Shown: piece after piece, positions 53,270 to 63,577 of the stretch
Position numbering within the stretch: the stretch's first letter is position 1
How the letters are laid out: the number at the start of each line of letters is the position of its first letter
DNA from: Nitrospirales bacterium
GTDB taxonomy: Bacteria > Nitrospirota > Nitrospiria > Nitrospirales > UBA8639
Direction: 5' to 3'
DNA: 64,000 nucleotides
Assembly: GCA_963422365.1 (NCBI GenBank)
Contig: OY729426.1
Span: 736,001-800,000, forward strand
Notes under the pieces: model-generated
Seen by the model: the letters and a program-made list of their open reading frames with translations, nothing else
What the model was told of the DNA's origin: nothing
The model's database searches: none
Made by a program: the position numbers and the translations under genes

Positions 53270-53451
53270 GTGCAAGACGTGTTGTTCAAAAACATTCCGG
53301 CTTAGTCAGAAAGGAAAAAGGAAGAAGGGGGGAAAGGGAGAAGGTGCAAGACGTGTTCAAAAACATTCCGGCTTAGTCAGAAAGGAAAAAGGAAGAAGGG
53401 GGGAAAGGGAGAAGGTGCAAGACGTGTTCAAAAACATTCCGGCTTAGTCAG
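53270..53451. repeat. 71-bp tandem repeat (about 2.5 copies) with purine-only tracts
   Basis: GTGCAAGACG starts at 53270, 53344, 53415; identical AAAGGAAAAAGGAAGAAGG... segments between them. Confidence 0.95.
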
Positions 53452-53562
53452 GCCGACTGCAACCAAACTGCGGAATGAAGATTTTTAATGACATTTCCAC
53501 GCAAGAGCGGTCTGGTGTCTTTGACCGCGAGATGGCGTTCTGTGTACATTTTTCCAAGGACA

Positions 53563-54444
53563 ATGCTTGGAAAAATGCTCAATTCCTTTTTTAAAGGCCA
53601 CGGATTAGGCAATGATTATATTGCCCTCGATCCCAAGCAGTTGACGTTCAGGTTGACCGCTAAAACCATTCGAGCGATTTGTGATCGAAATTGGGGAGTG
53701 GGAAGTGATGGGATCTTGGCGCTGGTGCCCTCAAAAAAGGCCGACTTCGGATTACGGATTTTCAATCCTGATGGGAGTGAAGCAGAAAAATCCGGAAACG
53801 GCTTACGGATTTTCGGATGTTTCCTCTATGCCACGAAAAAGACGAAGCGCTGGTCTTTTTCAGTTGAAACCAAGGGTGGGCTGGTTCATGTGGAGTTGGC
53901 ATTCGATCGGAACGGGCAGGTCAAGGGGGCGACCGTCGAAATGGGTCGAGCCTCGTTGAAGCCGAGGGACTTGCCCTGTACCAGTAAGGCCCCGGAGTTA
54001 GTCCTGCAGCCGATCAAGGCCGTAGGGCAGTCCCTGCGCTTTACAGGGGTGAGTGTCGGTAACCCACATTGTGTGGTGTTTAGAGACCAGGGCGAGCCGT
54101 GGACTCGGGAGGATTTACTTCGACTGGGGCCGGAATTGGAAACCCATCCTACCTTTCCCAAGCGTACGAATGTTCAACTGGCTGTTCCCACCGGCCCTCA
54201 TGCCGCGTCCATTTTAATCTGGGAGCGGGGGGCCGGAGAGACCCAGGCGTCCGGCTCATCTGCCTGCGCGGTTGCCAGTGCAGGGGTTCGCTTGGGGTTA
54301 GTGAAAAGCCCCGTCAGGGTGGTTGCGCCCGGTGGCAAACTGGACATCACGGTTGATGCCCAGTACAACCTGACCATGAAAGGTCCTGTAGCCGAAGTCT
54401 ATCAAGGACGGTTCGGCGGAGGATTGTTCTCTAGAGTACGGTAG
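53563..54444 (+). CDS. dapF: diaminopimelate epimerase
   Basis: KGHGLGNDY; GVGSDG; NPDGSEAEKSGNG; GNPH; WERGAGETQASGS. Confidence 0.9.
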   Translation: MLGKMLNSFFKGHGLGNDYIALDPKQLTFRLTAKTIRAICDRNWGVGSDGILALVPSKKADFGLRIFNPDGSEAEKSGNGLRIFGCFLYATKKTKRWSFSVETKGGLVHVELAFDRNGQVKGATVEMGRASLKPRDLPCTSKAPELVLQPIKAVGQSLRFTGVSVGNPHCVVFRDQGEPWTREDLLRLGPELETHPTFPKRTNVQLAVPTGPHAASILIWERGAGETQASGSSACAVASAGVRLGLVKSPVRVVAPGGKLDITVDAQYNLTMKGPVAEVYQGRFGGGLFSRVR

Positions 54445-54478
54445 TTGGCCATACCGTCAAGACTCGTCTCGTCCGGCC

Positions 54479-55561
54479 TTACTGGGGGAATTGGGTTGGT
54501 GGCGTGACGTTCCAGCCCTCCCCATTCAGTGAGCGCAGAAATGCTACGACATCTTCTTTTTCCTGCTCTGTTAAATTCAAGGGCTTGATCCCGGGAGCAA
54601 GATGAGGATTCGGTATTCCACCTTGATCGTAAAAATCGATCACTTGGCGTAAGGTCGCAAGGCTGCCATCATGCATGTAGGGTGCTGTTTTGGCAATTTC
54701 ACGAAGCGTCGGGGTTTTGAACGCGCCGAGATCCTTCGGATCGTTTGTCACGGCATAGCGGCCGACGTGGCGAGGATCTTGGTCCCAGCCTACCCCCAGG
54801 TTATGAAATTGTTCGTCGGTAAAATTGAATCCGAAATGACAGCGGAGACACTGCCCCTTGCCCAAGAACACGCGAAACCCATGTTGGGCATTGGCCGATA
54901 GTGCCTGCTCATCGTTCCCCTCGACAAAACGGTCGTAGTGGCTGTTCCCGGAGAGCAAGGTGCGTTGAAAGCTGGCAATGGCTTTGCCGATCAAGTCAAT
55001 CGTCATGGCAGTCGACCCGAAGGCCCGTTCAAAGAGTGGGGGATAGCCGGCAAGGTTCTTCACTTTGGCTACCAGTTCGTCGTGATCCGTAAACCCGTGC
55101 TCCACGGGATTGATGAATGGGCCAATGGATTGGGCTTCGAGCGTGGCGGCCCGCCCATCCCAAAATTGGGCTGAGCTAAAGACGCGGTTGATGGCCGTCG
55201 GAGCATTTCGCCCCCCTTGTTGTCCATGAATACCCGTGGAGACCGGCTGCCCATCGGTAAAGGCCAGAGCCGGCAGGTGACAGTTCGCACAGGCGATCGT
55301 ATTATTTGCCGACAATCGCTTGTCAAAGAACAACAGCTTCCCAAGTTCCACTTTTTCTTTGGTTAAGGGGTTATCCTTGGGGACCACGAGGCCGTCTTCT
55401 TTCAACCCCAAAGGAAGATGAAGAGAAAATTCCGATTGGGCGAGGGACGTTCCGGGATAGGTGGTCAAGGATAGCACCAGGAGTCCCAGAACCAAACCCC
55501 ATCGGACCCGGAAATCGTTGAACGTGACTCGATAAGAATTCTCTTCCTGGTTGCCGGTCAT
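54479..55561 (-). CDS. di-heme cytochrome c peroxidase (CcpA/MauG family)
   Basis: CANCH and CLRCH heme motifs; QFWDGRA; FKTPTLRE..TAPYMHDG. Confidence 0.95.
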   Translation of the reverse strand: MTGNQEENSYRVTFNDFRVRWGLVLGLLVLSLTTYPGTSLAQSEFSLHLPLGLKEDGLVVPKDNPLTKEKVELGKLLFFDKRLSANNTIACANCHLPALAFTDGQPVSTGIHGQQGGRNAPTAINRVFSSAQFWDGRAATLEAQSIGPFINPVEHGFTDHDELVAKVKNLAGYPPLFERAFGSTAMTIDLIGKAIASFQRTLLSGNSHYDRFVEGNDEQALSANAQHGFRVFLGKGQCLRCHFGFNFTDEQFHNLGVGWDQDPRHVGRYAVTNDPKDLGAFKTPTLREIAKTAPYMHDGSLATLRQVIDFYDQGGIPNPHLAPGIKPLNLTEQEKEDVVAFLRSLNGEGWNVTPPTQFPQ

Positions 55562-55732
55562 GATGTGCCTCCTATCACGGGACAATAAATAGGTTCAGCA
55601 TGCTTCTTCCAAACACAAAAGATGATGGTTGTTGCTAGAGTCAGAGTATACCACTTCACGGGGAAATTTAAATCACCGACCAGGCCCGAGTACGAGCCGT
55701 TCCGCAACGTCCCGATGAACGGTTCGGTGCCT

Positions 55733-56473
55733 CTATTTCGCATCATGGAAAATAATGCCCAGGACGTGGCGATGACCGGTCTTGAGTGGACTGACCCCGT
55801 GCCGCATCGAGGCCCGAACATATCCGCGCTTCCCCTGGAGAGGCCGTTCATGAACGGGGAAAATGAGAAGGTCTCCCAAATCAGGAGTGAAGACAGTCGC
55901 GCTGGCCTGTTGACGAGGCCGGTTTTCGACGAGCACAAATTCGCCTCCCTCAAACTCGTGCCCTTTCTGGCTCAGCATGACCATCGCTTGAAGAGGAAAG
56001 TGCGTTGGACCATAGAGATCCCGATGCAAGCAATTAAAATCTCCACTGTGATACCGAAGCAGCAAGGGGGTTGGTTGGGTTTGTCCTTGACGGCGACATT
56101 CTTTTTGAAAGGCCGCAAGGGTTGAGGGGTACTGCTGGGAGCGGTTCATTGTTTCCATCATGCGATTGGCAATGGGAGCCAGATGCGTATACAAGCGGGT
56201 GCGTAGATGGGAAACCAGCACGGGCAAGGGATACGCAAAATATGAGTACTCTCCCTGTCCAAATTGATAGCGTGCCATGACAATCCTGGATCGAAAATAT
56301 TGGTCGTGGTCGTAGAGTGTGCGTAGGGATCGACAGGCAGAAGATTGGACAACCTTCGATAAATGGGCATACCCACTCGTGAGGATCGAGTGTTCGATGG
56401 CAACCCAATCCAACGAGTGAAGATTCGGAAGGCGATGTCGGTCTGACAAAAGTGTTCGCTTCGTTCTAACCAT
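55733..56473 (-). CDS. 2OG-Fe(II) oxygenase (DUF2086-like)
   Basis: GQGEYSYF; CLHRDLYG; FEGGEFVLVE; MRHGVS; LGIIFHDA. Confidence 0.9.
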   Translation of the reverse strand: MVRTKRTLLSDRHRLPNLHSLDWVAIEHSILTSGYAHLSKVVQSSACRSLRTLYDHDQYFRSRIVMARYQFGQGEYSYFAYPLPVLVSHLRTRLYTHLAPIANRMMETMNRSQQYPSTLAAFQKECRRQGQTQPTPLLLRYHSGDFNCLHRDLYGPTHFPLQAMVMLSQKGHEFEGGEFVLVENRPRQQASATVFTPDLGDLLIFPVHERPLQGKRGYVRASMRHGVSPLKTGHRHVLGIIFHDAK

Positions 56474-59291
56474 GGTGGCTACACGTTCAATTCCCCTCTG
56501 GGGCAGGGTTGTTTGGTGGTCAGGGGTCTTAGCGTCGTTCCTTCTCGCACTTTTGATGCTCCTTCCTCACCTCGTCTCCCTTGTTGTGGAACGACAATTT
56601 GAAGCTTTCGGCTGCAAGCATGTCAATGTGGTCGTCGAATCCCCCGGTTTACGGCGAACGGTCATTCCGCTGGTTTCTTTTCAAAAAGACATGGGGGCGG
56701 AAACGGCTCGACTGACGATCAGAGGATTGACCCTTGAATATCAGCTTCCTCAATTATTGAGGGGTTTTCTCAGAGAGGGACGTATCGAAGAATTACATCT
56801 GGACCTGATGGGGGTCCCGACCGACCAATCTCCGGATCTCCCCGACGAACCTTCAATGGCAGCGGTTGCCGTCGCACTGGACGCTTTATCAGAATTCCTG
56901 CTCGATCCCCTGGTTGGGCGACTCGCTTTGACGAACGCGACCATCTTTCGAGAACAGGCGACTGGCCCGTTCCGGCGGTTAAAGATCTCCGGAGCGCTTC
57001 GCAACGAAAACGGAACACTGAATGGGGCGGTCTCGTTTCAGGGGATGGAAGGAGAGCCGTATACCCTGCGACTCACGATGAATCCCCGTGGCAGGATGAA
57101 GGTTCTGCTGCATTCCGGCAGAGGCATTGCCGAATCCCTACTCGATCTTGAGTCTACCGTACAGGTCTCCAGTCAGACGGGCCTTCACTGGCAAGGCTCC
57201 TTGAATGCGAATCTGAAGAGAGCCACCCCGTTTTTAGCCTTACTGCTGCCACTTGGGTCTGATCTCGAACAAGTCGATGGGGTTGTGGCATTTCAAGGGG
57301 AGGGAGTGACGGAGCAGATAGGATCATTTCACCGTATGCTCAGGGATGCATCCACCCGCCTTCATGGCGTTTTTCAAGCCTCCGTGGAACTTCCGGCCTG
57401 GGGAGAGATCAGTGAAGAGATAGCCGTGACGCTCTCTGGTGAATTGAACGCGCATTCGACGGCTGTCGCGTTGACTCTCTTCCCGTTCTCTTCAGTGAGA
57501 GGCAGGGTTCATCCCCTTGAGCGACTGTTGAAAGGGACTCCTTTCCTGGGCAGATTCAAAGAAAAAGAACCAATTCGTCTTCAATTGCAGGATAAAGTCA
57601 ACGGTCGGTTTTCTTTGGATCCTGATGATCTCCGGTGGACTCTCGATGGCCCCATTCGCGTTCAATACGGCATGGAGCATTCGCCGATTGGGCTCAATGC
57701 CCTTGTGACGAACGCCTCCGGTCTGTTCAGTGACCCCTTGTCCACGGAAGCCAACATGCACTGTCACTTCTGGGGTGCGTTGTCCGTTCTTGAGCCATCA
57801 CCGATACAAGTCCAAGATATCCGCTGGAACGTCACAGGCAAGGTGGCGTTCCAAAAGCAAGCCATCCACGCGGACGTGGGAAAAGGCTCCTGGATGAAAA
57901 CCGGACCACTTCGATTTGAGCAAGGTACGGCGAATTTTACAGAGTTTCACGTCAGTCGCACCGTTCCGGTTTCTGTAGAATTGTCCTCGAAAAAGTGGAA
58001 CATTGGTCCAACCACGGTACACATCAAGCTTCCCCTGATTCATTGGGGTGGCCAAAGAGTCACAATCGAGAAAGTGGGATTGCGCGTTCAAGAAGCGAGC
58101 GGGGAGGGAAACAAATGGCAAACCACAGGCACGGCGAAATTTTTGGGACTGTCTTCCGTGCTGAACGAGTTCGTCCCTCCGAAGACCAATTTCGTTATCG
58201 GATTCGATGCCACCTCCGCTGTCGTGAAGGCCGGCGTTGTGGCTGAAACAGTGGATCAGTCCGTGAAGGTGACAGGGCTGGTCAACCATGATTTGCTGAC
58301 GAATCAAGGAGTGCTTCGAGCGACGATGGCGCTCCGACCTTTTTCTTCGTCGGAAAGGACCTTGAGCCGCTTGATCACGCCCTGGAATTATCCGTTTGAT
58401 TTCACCGCGGGCCGGCTTGGCCTGTCCACGGTTGTGACGTGGTCCGTCGATGATGAGGACAATCCAGGTAGCGTGAACGTCAGGCAAGGCGAGGTCACCA
58501 TTACGGCCAAGGACCTGGACGGATACTATGAGAAAATTTTGCTGGAAGACGTCAATACGACGATGAAACTTGCCGCCGCGAGCCTCGACGATTTAACAAT
58601 GGTGGTTCCGGCTCACGTGAGCATGGGCCGGGTCGATTCCGGGATCGAGATCGAAAATATCGCGTTTACTCTTCGACTCGGGCGTCTTGGGTTCGGTCAC
58701 GGTGAAGGACGACCTGCCATAGAGATAAAGGACTTCTCAGGGCACACGTTGGGGGGACATGTCTCGAGTGCACGGATTTACGTTGATCCGGCTCGACCGC
58801 CGAGTCTGTTCACGTTGAAGTTTGAGGGCCTTCAGCTTGATCGATTGTTTCAGTTGGAACAGCAAAAAGGATTGGAAGGGACCGGCGTGCTTGACGGCAG
58901 TATCCCGATCACGTTGAATGGTGAGACGATCACGATTCGAGATGGTCAGATGGCGGCCAGGCCTCCGGGAGGGATGATTCGTTTTGAGCCTCTTGAAGAA
59001 ACCAGGCAGAGGCTGGTTCAGGCGAAACCGGAAATGGTCTTTGTTTTGCGAGTCTTGGAGAATTTTCGTTATGATGCGTTGCGGGCCGAAGTGAACTATC
59101 ACGAGGATGGGACTCTTTTGCTGGCAACCCGACTGGAAGGCAGAAATCCGGACATGAAAGAATCCCCCCCTATTCATGTGAATGTGAATGTGAATGTGGA
59201 AGAGAATCTTCCCGCGCTTCTTCAAAGCGTGCAGGTTGTGAACGGCCTCGAAAAGCAGTTAGGAAACGTGTTCCGGCAATCATTATTCTAA
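56472..59291 (+). CDS. ydbH: YdbH-family (AsmA-like) protein
   Basis: N-terminal anchor; C-terminal GVLDGSIP, LENFRY, LEGRNP, EENLPALLQS; followed by ynbE and ydbL. Confidence 0.85.
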   Translation: MVATRSIPLWGRVVWWSGVLASFLLALLMLLPHLVSLVVERQFEAFGCKHVNVVVESPGLRRTVIPLVSFQKDMGAETARLTIRGLTLEYQLPQLLRGFLREGRIEELHLDLMGVPTDQSPDLPDEPSMAAVAVALDALSEFLLDPLVGRLALTNATIFREQATGPFRRLKISGALRNENGTLNGAVSFQGMEGEPYTLRLTMNPRGRMKVLLHSGRGIAESLLDLESTVQVSSQTGLHWQGSLNANLKRATPFLALLLPLGSDLEQVDGVVAFQGEGVTEQIGSFHRMLRDASTRLHGVFQASVELPAWGEISEEIAVTLSGELNAHSTAVALTLFPFSSVRGRVHPLERLLKGTPFLGRFKEKEPIRLQLQDKVNGRFSLDPDDLRWTLDGPIRVQYGMEHSPIGLNALVTNASGLFSDPLSTEANMHCHFWGALSVLEPSPIQVQDIRWNVTGKVAFQKQAIHADVGKGSWMKTGPLRFEQGTANFTEFHVSRTVPVSVELSSKKWNIGPTTVHIKLPLIHWGGQRVTIEKVGLRVQEASGEGNKWQTTGTAKFLGLSSVLNEFVPPKTNFVIGFDATSAVVKAGVVAETVDQSVKVTGLVNHDLLTNQGVLRATMALRPFSSSERTLSRLITPWNYPFDFTAGRLGLSTVVTWSVDDEDNPGSVNVRQGEVTITAKDLDGYYEKILLEDVNTTMKLAAASLDDLTMVVPAHVSMGRVDSGIEIENIAFTLRLGRLGFGHGEGRPAIEIKDFSGHTLGGHVSSARIYVDPARPPSLFTLKFEGLQLDRLFQLEQQKGLEGTGVLDGSIPITLNGETITIRDGQMAARPPGGMIRFEPLEETRQRLVQAKPEMVFVLRVLENFRYDALRAEVNYHEDGTLLLATRLEGRNPDMKESPPIHVNVNVNVEENLPALLQSVQVVNGLEKQLGNVFRQSLF

Positions 59292-59372
59292 AAAAAGAGC
59301 CCGCCGTCCGATTGGTTGCGTCACTCGAAGCGGGACGTTTCAACGACCCATACCGGAAGAGGTAAGACGAGA

Positions 59373-59582
59373 ATGAGCCGCAGACGTTGTCAGAGTTTTG
59401 GGCAAGGGTTGCTCTTGGGACTGAGTTGCCTGCTGTCGAGCTGTACGACGCATACCGTTCAAGTGGAAGCGCCGGATAAACCCATTACCATCAATCTGAA
59501 CGTCAAGATCGACCATGAAGTACTGGTGAAAGTGGAGAAAGATTTGAATGAAGTCTTTGCTGAAGGCAGTGAATTGTTTTGA
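59373..59582 (+). CDS. ynbE: YnbE-family lipoprotein
   Basis: Lipobox LSSC; APDKPITINLNVKIDHE. Confidence 0.9.
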   Translation: MSRRRCQSFGQGLLLGLSCLLSSCTTHTVQVEAPDKPITINLNVKIDHEVLVKVEKDLNEVFAEGSELF

Positions 59583-59604
59583 AAATGAGGAAGGAGCCCC
59601 GGCG

Positions 59605-59964
59605 ATGCACGGAAAGACGCCTCACGGCCGACGTTTTGCTTTCTTGACGATGGTTCTGCTGGGGGGGCTGCTCGCAGGACCAGGAAGTCTGTGGGCTTTG
59701 ACTTTGGGAGAAGCCAAGGCCAGGGGATTGGTCGGAGAAACCCCTGCCGGGTACCTTGGCATGGTATCGGGAAAGGGGTCATCAGGGGTTCGGGCCTTGA
59801 TGCACGACGTGAACCAAAAGCGCAAGCAGAAATATCAAGGCATTGCCAAACGCAATGGCACCAGTCTTCGAGCCGTGGAAACATTGGCAGGAAAAACCGC
59901 TATCAAAAAAACCCGATCAGGCCACTACATCCAGCTTCCATCCGGAAAATGGACAACAAAGTAA
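59605..59964 (+). CDS. ydbL: YdbL-family protein
   Basis: EAKARGLVGE..GYLG; VNQKRKQKYQGIAKRNG. Confidence 0.9.
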   Translation: MHGKTPHGRRFAFLTMVLLGGLLAGPGSLWALTLGEAKARGLVGETPAGYLGMVSGKGSSGVRALMHDVNQKRKQKYQGIAKRNGTSLRAVETLAGKTAIKKTRSGHYIQLPSGKWTTK

Positions 59965-60093
59965 CGCGTGGTTGGCAGCCGTTTTCATCCTCTTCATCTC
60001 AATCCTATCTTTCATGGGATCCGTGTCTCGGTATGACCGATAAGGAAGGAGTGAGGCAGGTTCCGGTGAAGGCCACGGCGACAACGTTCGTGC

Positions 60094-61302
60094 ATGCAGA
60101 TTCAGCCGGACGGTCATGAAAGGCCCGCGATAATGGAATTCGGCGAACACATGGCGGTGGTTTGGCAAACGGGCGTGCTCGGGGTCAGCCTGGGGGAGGT
60201 CGTGACGGCTCTCCTCGTGCTGTTCGCCTTTCTCGGCCTGCGTCGCATCTTTTTCCGGTTTGTGGTGTCCTCGCTTCGCAACGTGACCAAGAGGACCAAA
60301 ACGAATTTTGACGATCTGTTCCTCAGCGCCGTGGAAAAACCCTTGGAATTCGGCTTTGTGGTCGTGGGGGTATCCGTGGCGGGTCAGGTCCTCCCCATGT
60401 CCGCGGCCGTCGGTGAGATTTTCGACCAGTTCATTCGATCCCTGATCGCGCTGATGTTGTTCTGGGTGTTGTTTCGAGCCATTGATCCGTTGTCTTCCTT
60501 TATGGACCGCGGTCTTGACATGATGGGAAGTTCGAGCATGCGCGATACCATGAAGAGCTTCTTTGTGAAACTCGCCAAGTTCGTCGTGATCTGCCTGGGG
60601 GTCGCGGCCGTCTTTCAAGAGTGGGGATTCAACGTGGCGGCGGTGCTGGGCAGCTTGGGGCTCGTCGGGATGGCCGTGGCGTTGGGAGCCAGAGAGTTCA
60701 TTGCGAACTTATTCGCGGGGCTGACCATCTTTCTGGATCGCATGTTCGAAAAAAGCAACTGGATCCGCACGCCGGACGTGGAAGGACTCGTGGAGGACAT
60801 CGGGTTTCGCGCCACGAAAATTCGACGCTTCGACAAAGCCTTGGTGACCATTCCCAATGCGAGGTTGGCCGGGGAGGCCCTCATCAATTTTTCTCGAATG
60901 ACGAATCGGAGAATTTACTGGAGCATTGGCGTCGAATATCGCACGACCCAGGACCAACTGCGGGTGATTATCCGGGATATTCAGGAATACGTGAACGCCA
61001 GCGAGGATTTTGAAACGGATCCGGCGAAAACCAAAACGTTCGTGTTCGTGGATGCGTTTGGCGCCTCAAGCATCGATCTGATGCTCTATTGTTTTACCAG
61101 GACCACGGAGTGGGGGGAGTGGCTGGCCTGTAAGGAACGGCTGGCCTACAAGGTCAAAGACATCGTCGAAGGCCACGGCGCGGCATTTGCGTTCCCCTCG
61201 ACGTCGCTCTACGTCGAAACGCTGCCGCTCGGCAAACCCGAGACGTTTCCGCTCCCCGGGCACGACCGGCCCCAACCGGTTCCTTCTTCGGTCAGAACGT
61301 GA
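60094..61302 (+). CDS. MscS-family mechanosensitive channel
   Basis: LGLVGMAVALGA; VEDIGFRATKIR; TIPN; FAFPS. Confidence 0.93.
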   Translation: MQIQPDGHERPAIMEFGEHMAVVWQTGVLGVSLGEVVTALLVLFAFLGLRRIFFRFVVSSLRNVTKRTKTNFDDLFLSAVEKPLEFGFVVVGVSVAGQVLPMSAAVGEIFDQFIRSLIALMLFWVLFRAIDPLSSFMDRGLDMMGSSSMRDTMKSFFVKLAKFVVICLGVAAVFQEWGFNVAAVLGSLGLVGMAVALGAREFIANLFAGLTIFLDRMFEKSNWIRTPDVEGLVEDIGFRATKIRRFDKALVTIPNARLAGEALINFSRMTNRRIYWSIGVEYRTTQDQLRVIIRDIQEYVNASEDFETDPAKTKTFVFVDAFGASSIDLMLYCFTRTTEWGEWLACKERLAYKVKDIVEGHGAAFAFPSTSLYVETLPLGKPETFPLPGHDRPQPVPSSVRT

Positions 61303-61377
61303 AACGGCCAGAGAGGATTCTCTGAATGCCTGCATGGGGGTGTCCGATGAGAGGCCATTCGTCATTCAAACGCCATG

Positions 61378-61406
61378 TGTCATGCCCGCGAAGGCGGGAA
61401 TCCGGA
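61378..61406. repeat. REP-like palindromic element, copy 2
   Basis: TGTCATGCCCGCGAAGGCGGGAATCCGGA; near-identical to 18812-18840. Confidence 0.7.
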
Positions 61407-61494
61407 GCCTGGGAATCTCCAGGGGGTGGGTCGGGATCATGAACCCCGTCGGGAGATGTGGTGATCATAAGTCTTTCAACAAAGGAGGAACACC

Positions 61495-63435
61495 GTGTCA
61501 GTGATGGAAATCGGAAAAGGTATGGTCGCCTCGGTGCTGCTGGTGCTTGCACTGCTCTGCGCACCGGCCGCGGGAGCGCAGACAGACGACGAAGCCAAGG
61601 CGGCGTCTGAGCGCGGCGACCATGCCGCCGACTTTTCGAGTCGTTCCACGCCCTTGCCGAGCAGGGCCAAGCCGAGGCTCAGTACAATCTCGGGTGGATG
61701 TACGCCAATGGGAGGGGCGTGCCGCAGGATGATGCGGAGGCCGCACGCTGGTATCGGCAGGCGGCCGAGCAGGGCCATGCCGGCGCTCAGTACAATCTCG
61801 GGTTGATGTATGCCAAGGGGAGGGGCGTGCCGCAGGATGACGCGGAGGCGGTACGCTGGTATCGGCAGGCGGCCGAGCAGGGCCAAGCCGAGGCTCAGGT
61901 CAATCTCGGGTTGATGTATGCCAAGGGGAGGGGCGTGCCGCAGGATGACGCGGAGGCGGTACGCTGGTATCGGCAGGCGGCCGAGCAGGGCCATGCCGGC
62001 GCTCAGTACAATCTCGGGTTGATGTATGCCAAGGGGAGGGGCGTGCCGCAGGATGACGCGGAGGCGGTACGCTGGTATCGGCAGGCGGCCGAGCAGGGCC
62101 AAGCCGAGGCTCAGGTCAATCTCGGGGTCATGTACGACGGGGGGATAGGCGTGCTGCAGGATGACGCGGAGGCGGTACGCTGGTATCGGCAGGCGACCGA
62201 GCAGGGCGATGCCGATGCTCAGTACAATCTCGGGCGGATGTACGCCAAGGGGAGGGGGGTACCGCAGGACGAAGTGGAGGCCGCACGCTGGTATCTGCAG
62301 GCGGCCGAGCAGGGCCAGACCAGGGCTCAGGTCAATCTCGGGTGGAGGTACGCCGAGGGGGAGGGCGTGCCGCAGGATGATGCGGAGGCCGCACGCTGGT
62401 GGCGGCAGGCGGCCGAGCAGGGCCAGACCAGGGCTCAGGTCAATCTCGGGTGGAGGTACGCCGAGGGGGAGGGCGTGCCGCAGGATGATGCGGAGGCCGC
62501 ACGCTGGTGGCGGCAGGCGGCCGAGCAGGGCCAGACCAGGGCTCAGGTCAATCTCGGGTGGAGGTACGCCGAGGGGGAGGGCGTGCCGCAGGATGATGCG
62601 GAGGCCGCACGCTGGTGGCGGCAGGCGGCCGAGCAGGGCCAAGCCGAGGCTCAGGTCAATCTCGGGTGGATGTACGCCGAGGGGCTGGGCGTGCCGCAGG
62701 ACGAAGTGGAGGCCGTACGCTGGTATCGGCAGGCGGCCGAGCAGGGCGATGCCAAGGCTCAGGGCATTCTCGGGGTCATGTACGCCGAGGGGAGGGGCGT
62801 GCTGCAGGATGACGCGGAGGCGGTACGCTGGTATCGGCAGGCGGCCGAGCAGGGCGATGCCGATGCTCAGTTCAATCTCGGGCGGATGTACGCCAAGGGG
62901 AGGAGGGTACCGCAGGATGATGTTCAAGCGCACAAATGGTTCAATCTTGCCGTTGTCGCATTCCAGTCTTCTGATCAGGAGTCTCGCGACGTGGCTGTGG
63001 AAGCCCGCAACAAGGTCGCCTCGAAAATGACCCGGACCCAGCTCGAGGCCCAGCGGCTGGCGAGGGAGTGGGAGCCAAAGGACTCCTCCTCTTCCCCTGT
63101 CCCAGACGCGTCTGAGTAACGTAGACCCTCTGCCCGCTACCCTGTTGAAAAGGCGTCGACCGGCTCTGGTTTTTTTGTCAGCAGCAGAGGACACGTCCTC
63201 ACCAACGCGCACGTGGTGAGCGAGTGCGCGGACGTGGTCGTGATCGGCTCTCCGCTACGTGATCTCGTCGCTTCCGAAGCGAACGTGACCACGGGCAACG
63301 TCAGCGCACTTGCCGGTCCGGGCGAGGACCGTCGTCTGTTCCAGATGACCGCGCCCGTTCAGCCCGGCAACAGCGGCGGACCCATGCCGGATACATCGGG
63401 CCACGCAGTCGGGGTGACGGTGTCCAAGCTTCATA
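61495..63435 (+). pseudogene. secreted Sel1-repeat protein (12 repeats) originally fused to a trypsin-like serine protease
   Basis: Signal peptide ORF at 61495 is out of frame with the Sel1 ORF 61698-63119; after TAA the same frame gives STGSGFFV..GHVLTNAHVV and QPGNSGGP. Confidence 0.8.
61660..62940 (+). repeat. 108-bp tandem Sel1 coding repeats
   Basis: Recurrent GGCCGAGCAGGGC...AATCTCGGG units, several adjacent copies near-identical. Confidence 0.92.
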
Positions 63436-63458
63436 CGGCAGGGAAGAGGGGCCATGAG

Positions 63459-63491
63459 GCCTGTCCCCCGTACAGGGTACGGGGGACAGGC
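63459..63491. repeat. perfect 15-bp inverted repeat
   Basis: GCCTGTCCCCCGTAC-agg-GTACGGGGGACAGGC. Confidence 0.85.
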
Positions 63492-63577
63492 TCTGCCGCC
63501 GACAGGGATGGCGCAGCTCACGAGAGGGGGACCCTGCGCCATGAGGCCTAGAAGGTGTCGTGTCTAGGCGACGGGGG

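Noticed and set aside
52950..53447. 165-aa ORF over the structured region and tandem repeat
   Set aside because: No recognisable domain or RBS; C-terminus is a translation of the repeat
53270..53451. Second mini CRISPR array (37-nt repeat with 34-nt spacers)
   Set aside because: The two spacers are identical, so it is a plain tandem repeat; no adjacent cas genes
59176..59198. ATGTGA hexamer repeat (VNVNVNV) in ydbH
   Set aside because: In frame and matches the beta-strand pattern expected at the YdbH C-terminus
61476..63212. 578-aa minus-strand ORF and 289-aa alternate-frame ORF
   Set aside because: Shadow frames of GC-rich Sel1 tandem repeats
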